Shown here piece by piece: positions 60,442 through 64,000 of a DNA stretch of 64,000 nucleotides. The notes under the pieces are model-generated. The model made no database searches. It was not told where the DNA came from and was given only the letters and a program-made list of their open reading frames with translations. This DNA is from a bacterium (GTDB lineage: Bacteria; Patescibacteriota; Patescibacteriia; SBBB01): assembly GCA_005239895.1 (NCBI GenBank), contig SBBB01000022.1, positions 4,098-68,097 of the forward strand, given 5' to 3'. Made by a program: the position numbers and the translations under genes. Positions within the stretch are counted from its first letter, which is position 1. Each line of letters opens with the position of its first letter.

Positions 60442-60996
60442 TCAAATACGAGTTATTTCTTTTTCTTTATCTAAACCCATATTGTCTAAAGTGGTTGTAT
60501 ATTTATTAATGTAATCATCCAGGTGTTTTTGAATGGCATATTTTTCGTCTTCAGTAATTTCTTTACTTTTAACCGCAGCTAAAATAGAATCTTTAATGGT
60601 ATTTCTAATTTGACGTAAGGCAATTTTAGAATTTTCAACTTTTTGATGCACGGTTTTAACTAATTCCTTGCGAGTTTCTTCAGTTAACAAAGGTACAATT
60701 ACGCGTATATTTTTTCCATCATTAACAACCGATAAACCCAGATTAGCCGCCTGTAAAGATTTCTCAATATCTTTTAAAATACTTTTATCCCACACATCAA
60801 TTAGTAGAGTGCGCGGATCTTGCAAATTTACGCTCGCTACTTCTTTAAGAGACAATTTAGAATCATAAACATTTACCACTAAGTTGTCTATTAAACCAAT
60901 ACTAGCTCTGCCTGTTCGTATAGACCGTAGTTTATCTTGTAAATCATCGACTAAATGATTAATTTTAGAATCGTGCTGAGTAATTAATACATGCAT
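60442..60996 (-). CDS. frr: Ribosome recycling factor
   Basis: IRTGRAS, PLLTEETRKELVK and ALRQIR motifs. Confidence 0.96.
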   Translation of the reverse strand: MHVLITQHDSKINHLVDDLQDKLRSIRTGRASIGLIDNLVVNVYDSKLSLKEVASVNLQDPRTLLIDVWDKSILKDIEKSLQAANLGLSVVNDGKNIRVIVPLLTEETRKELVKTVHQKVENSKIALRQIRNTIKDSILAAVKSKEITEDEKYAIQKHLDDYINKYTTTLDNMGLDKEKEITRI

Positions 60997-61032
60997 AGAT
61001 ATTATGAATAATTTAAATATATTATAATCTCT

Positions 61033-62103
61033 TTATTGTTCTTCTAAAAATCTTTGTACAGCCATGTATACTGTTTTGGGTTGATCAAAATTAACCCGAA
61101 GTGTTACTTTGGCGCGAGACGCAAGCAGTTTCTGAGCAAACCAATTCTCTCCACCATCCACAGATCTATTAAAGGTCGTGGCAGTTGTATAATATAATTC
61201 TTCAGGATTGTTCGGATTAACAGCAAAACTTAACAAATAATCGTTTGTTGTTTTAGATGTTAAAGTTTTTATTTCCGACCAAGTTGTGCCACCATCTTCT
61301 GAAACTACAATTCCACTTTTTAATAAAGCATAAATTTGATTAGCAGTGTTAGGGTGCAAAAACATATCTACAACCACAGGCGATTTAGATATACTACTCA
61401 CATAGGGATTAAGATCAATCCAATTAACTCCCCGGTCTATGGTTTTATAAATACCGTGACCACTTACCATAACATACATCACATTGGGATCAGCGCTTGA
61501 AATCAAAATTTTGAAAATCGCGCCGTTAAATTGTTTGAAACTAGACCAACTTGCTCCACTGTCTGAGCTTATTAAAATTTCTCCCCGCCTTAGCCCCATA
61601 TAAACAACAGTTGATTTCTTGGGGTCAACAGCCGTAAATAAAATTTCTTCTCCCAATTTAGAATCAAAATAAATTTGCTCCCAGCTTCGAGAACAATCTG
61701 TAGATTTAAATAATCTATTTAAAGATCCAACATAAATCACGCATTTCGCCAAAGGATCAACCGCTACAGAATTAATTGTGCCAGTTTTTAATTTTTCAAC
61801 ATAATTCCAACTTTGTCCCGAATCATAAGAATAATACAAGCCTTTATGGGCCGTACCTAAATACAAGGCCGAAGAATCTTGCGGATCTAAAACCATAACA
61901 TTTATATTTACACTGGATAATGATTTCTTTTCGGCTGCCACACTGGAAACTAAGGCTTTTTGTTGCCAGGTTTTACCACTATCGCTAGATAAATAAAAAC
62001 CACCCTTGCGTTGTCCGGCTGTGTTTGATTTTAACGTAATCGAACATCCCGATAAAATAAAGGTTGTAATAAATAATAAACTGAATAATTTTAAAATTTT
62101 CAT
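61033..62103 (-). CDS. Lipoprotein with BNR/Asp-box beta-propeller (YCF48/VPS10-like)
   Basis: LSGC lipobox and repeated S.D.G..W motifs. Confidence 0.85.
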   Translation of the reverse strand: MKILKLFSLLFITTFILSGCSITLKSNTAGQRKGGFYLSSDSGKTWQQKALVSSVAAEKKSLSSVNINVMVLDPQDSSALYLGTAHKGLYYSYDSGQSWNYVEKLKTGTINSVAVDPLAKCVIYVGSLNRLFKSTDCSRSWEQIYFDSKLGEEILFTAVDPKKSTVVYMGLRRGEILISSDSGASWSSFKQFNGAIFKILISSADPNVMYVMVSGHGIYKTIDRGVNWIDLNPYVSSISKSPVVVDMFLHPNTANQIYALLKSGIVVSEDGGTTWSEIKTLTSKTTNDYLLSFAVNPNNPEELYYTTATTFNRSVDGGENWFAQKLLASRAKVTLRVNFDQPKTVYMAVQRFLEEQ

Positions 62104-62144
62104 ACCCTCTTAATTAAAAATTTTCATACCCTCTTAATTAAAAA
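62097..62144. repeat. 24-bp tandem duplication at the holB/lipoprotein junction
   Basis: TTTTCATACCCTCTTAATTAAAAA x2. Confidence 0.85.
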
Positions 62145-63154
62145 CTAATTAAAATATTTTCTACAACCAAAGATGGCAATACATTTGAGTACAAGTCGCG
62201 TTTGGCTTGTTCAATTTTACGTATCAAAATACCGACTTTAAACATTGGAAAAACCTTAGCAACCCGTTCAAGTTGCTCTAGCATAAATCTATGACTAACA
62301 GCTTGATGATTATGGTTTTGTAATAATATTACATCTCTTAAAATTAATAGTAAAGTATCTAAAAATAGTTGAGTATTACTCAGGGCTTCATTAAAACCCA
62401 GACCTTTAAAACCTAACAATGAATCGCTTATTTGAAAACGATCGCTAAGCGAGGCTGTCAAGATACCAAGCATTTTAAATGAATTGTCTTTATACTGATC
62501 AAATTTTGAAGGATCACCTATATAGGGCATTATTTTAGATGGTGAACCCAGGGATAAACTAGCTATATTCAGAGCATCATCAGGTGAAAAATTGTTCTTA
62601 ATTAAAAATCCATAAATTTTATCAATCGATACAGGATAAAAATTAATAACTTGAGCTCTAGAAATAACAGTCGAAGGTAAAAAGCGCAATTTAGATGTTA
62701 ATAAAATAATAATTATGTAAGGATATGGCTCCTCCAAGGTTTTAAGAAAAGCATTCGAAGCTTCTAGACTTAAACTGTCCGCGTCATCTATAATTGCTAC
62801 CTTATATTGACCCAAAACAGGCTTAGTTACTAAACTTAAACTTAATTCACGAATTTCATTGATAGAAATATTTTTCTTATCCTCAGCTTTAGTAAGAATC
62901 ATAGTATCTAAGTTCACCCCCACCATAATTGATTCGCACAATTGACAATCATTGGCCGATCTTTGCACTGGAGGATAAACAAATATATTTTGATTTTTAC
63001 AAATTAACTTCGTAGCAAAATATTTAGCAATGGTCATTTTCCCTAAGCCCCTCTGTCCATTAAAAATGTAAGTGTGGGACAATCTATCGGTTTTTAAAGA
63101 AGTATCTAAAAAGTTAAGAATTGTATCGTGTCCTATAATATGGGATTGTAACAT
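62138..63154 (-). CDS. holB: DNA polymerase III delta' subunit
   Basis: IIGH, HTYIFNG..GLGK, NAFLKTLEEP and LPSTVISR motifs. Confidence 0.9.
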   Translation of the reverse strand: MLQSHIIGHDTILNFLDTSLKTDRLSHTYIFNGQRGLGKMTIAKYFATKLICKNQNIFVYPPVQRSANDCQLCESIMVGVNLDTMILTKAEDKKNISINEIRELSLSLVTKPVLGQYKVAIIDDADSLSLEASNAFLKTLEEPYPYIIIILLTSKLRFLPSTVISRAQVINFYPVSIDKIYGFLIKNNFSPDDALNIASLSLGSPSKIMPYIGDPSKFDQYKDNSFKMLGILTASLSDRFQISDSLLGFKGLGFNEALSNTQLFLDTLLLILRDVILLQNHNHQAVSHRFMLEQLERVAKVFPMFKVGILIRKIEQAKRDLYSNVLPSLVVENILISF

Positions 63155-63178
63155 ATTTTTATGGACTTAACGATCTAA

Positions 63179-63943
63179 CTAGGACTGCGTAATTATCTTT
63201 TTAATTAAACGTTTAGTGTGTTGAAAATCTAATACGGGTATAGTATCTATACCGGTTTTAAACACTGCAAAATCATTTCCACCCTCCCTTAAATCATCTC
63301 CAATATACACCATTTCTTTTACAGGAACAGACAAAAATTTTTCAAGTTGCTTTAGACCATAAGCTTTGTCAATGCCTTTTTTATTTATATCTATAGATGT
63401 TGTACCTCCAAACCGCACTTCAAAATCTGATAGATATTTTTCTAAAGCTGGTTTTAAAATGGGGCGAATATCAAAATTTTTTCTCCATTCCAATTTTAGA
63501 TTTAGGGGGGCTTTCTGACCTAAAAGAGAAAATGTAACTTGGCTTTCACGATCTTCCATTACTTTTCCATAGGTTTTACTAGGGGCAATATAATTTATAT
63601 CTTGACAAGCTTTTTTAAAGGCCTCTGAAATTCTTTTTTTTTCTTGCGTTGTTAAATCATTTTTATAAACCAACTGCCATTTATCTTTATTATATTTATA
63701 CATGGTACTACCACAAACTGGAAGAATGAACATTTGGTTTAAATATTTTTTAGGACATTTAAAACAATCCAGTAATTGTTTTTTAAATTGCTGATAAGAA
63801 CCACCGCCCATAACAGCTATAGTCTTTTTTTGTAACAACTCGCAAAGTAATGCACTCATTTCTTGATCTAGATTGGTTTTGCTAGCAGTTAGGGTGCTAT
63901 CCAAATCAAACACTATAACTTTTTTAGAAGCAAAACCATTCAT
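63179..63943 (-). CDS. HAD-IIB hydrolase (eukaryotic-type phosphomannomutase-like)
   Basis: FDLDSTLT, EDRESQVTF, GGTTSID and GDDL..GGND motifs. Confidence 0.85.
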   Translation of the reverse strand: MNGFASKKVIVFDLDSTLTASKTNLDQEMSALLCELLQKKTIAVMGGGSYQQFKKQLLDCFKCPKKYLNQMFILPVCGSTMYKYNKDKWQLVYKNDLTTQEKKRISEAFKKACQDINYIAPSKTYGKVMEDRESQVTFSLLGQKAPLNLKLEWRKNFDIRPILKPALEKYLSDFEVRFGGTTSIDINKKGIDKAYGLKQLEKFLSVPVKEMVYIGDDLREGGNDFAVFKTGIDTIPVLDFQHTKRLIKKIITQS

Positions 63944-64000
63944 CTTACTATTAATCTGATTTATTGTATAATTATTTAATAACCAAGAGCTGGATTGAAT

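Overview
AT-rich bacterial chromosome segment using genetic code 11. The gene set and style point to a Patescibacteria/CPR (Parcubacteria-like) genome; this is inferred from the scattered housekeeping genes, the CPR-type pilin, the lamin-tail/ComEC-like proteins and the Shine-Dalgarno-less core genes. It carries about 55 CDS (gyrA, rplU, scpA, ruvC, murD/E, hppA, nusA, ileS, sufS/U, rbfA, lspA, rpsT, holA/B, pnp, rpsO, mutM, rnj, secG, metG, frr and others), tRNA-Ala(UGC), tRNA-Leu(CAG) and a RelE/Phd toxin-antitoxin pair. No rRNA, CRISPR array, integrase or transposase is visible. The intergenic DNA is the most interesting part. (1) A ~100-120 bp MITE-like family (CCCCGTTAGA...TCTAACGGGG, 4-bp TTGA target duplication) sits in the -35 box of a sigma70 promoter in 4 of 5 copies, and beside a weaker promoter-like sequence in the fifth. 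(2) There is a second CCC...GGG MITE family and several REP-like palindrome families. (3) A tandemly duplicated LuxR-HTH module has near-identical structured 3' ends. (4) An unannotated 18-aa histone-like micropeptide lies next to scpA. (5) A synonymously diverged duplicate of the hppA 3' end may be an integration scar. (6) Self-contained orphan-gene cassettes have strong SD sites, and two strong promoters have no downstream ORF. All calls were made by eye, with no database searches.
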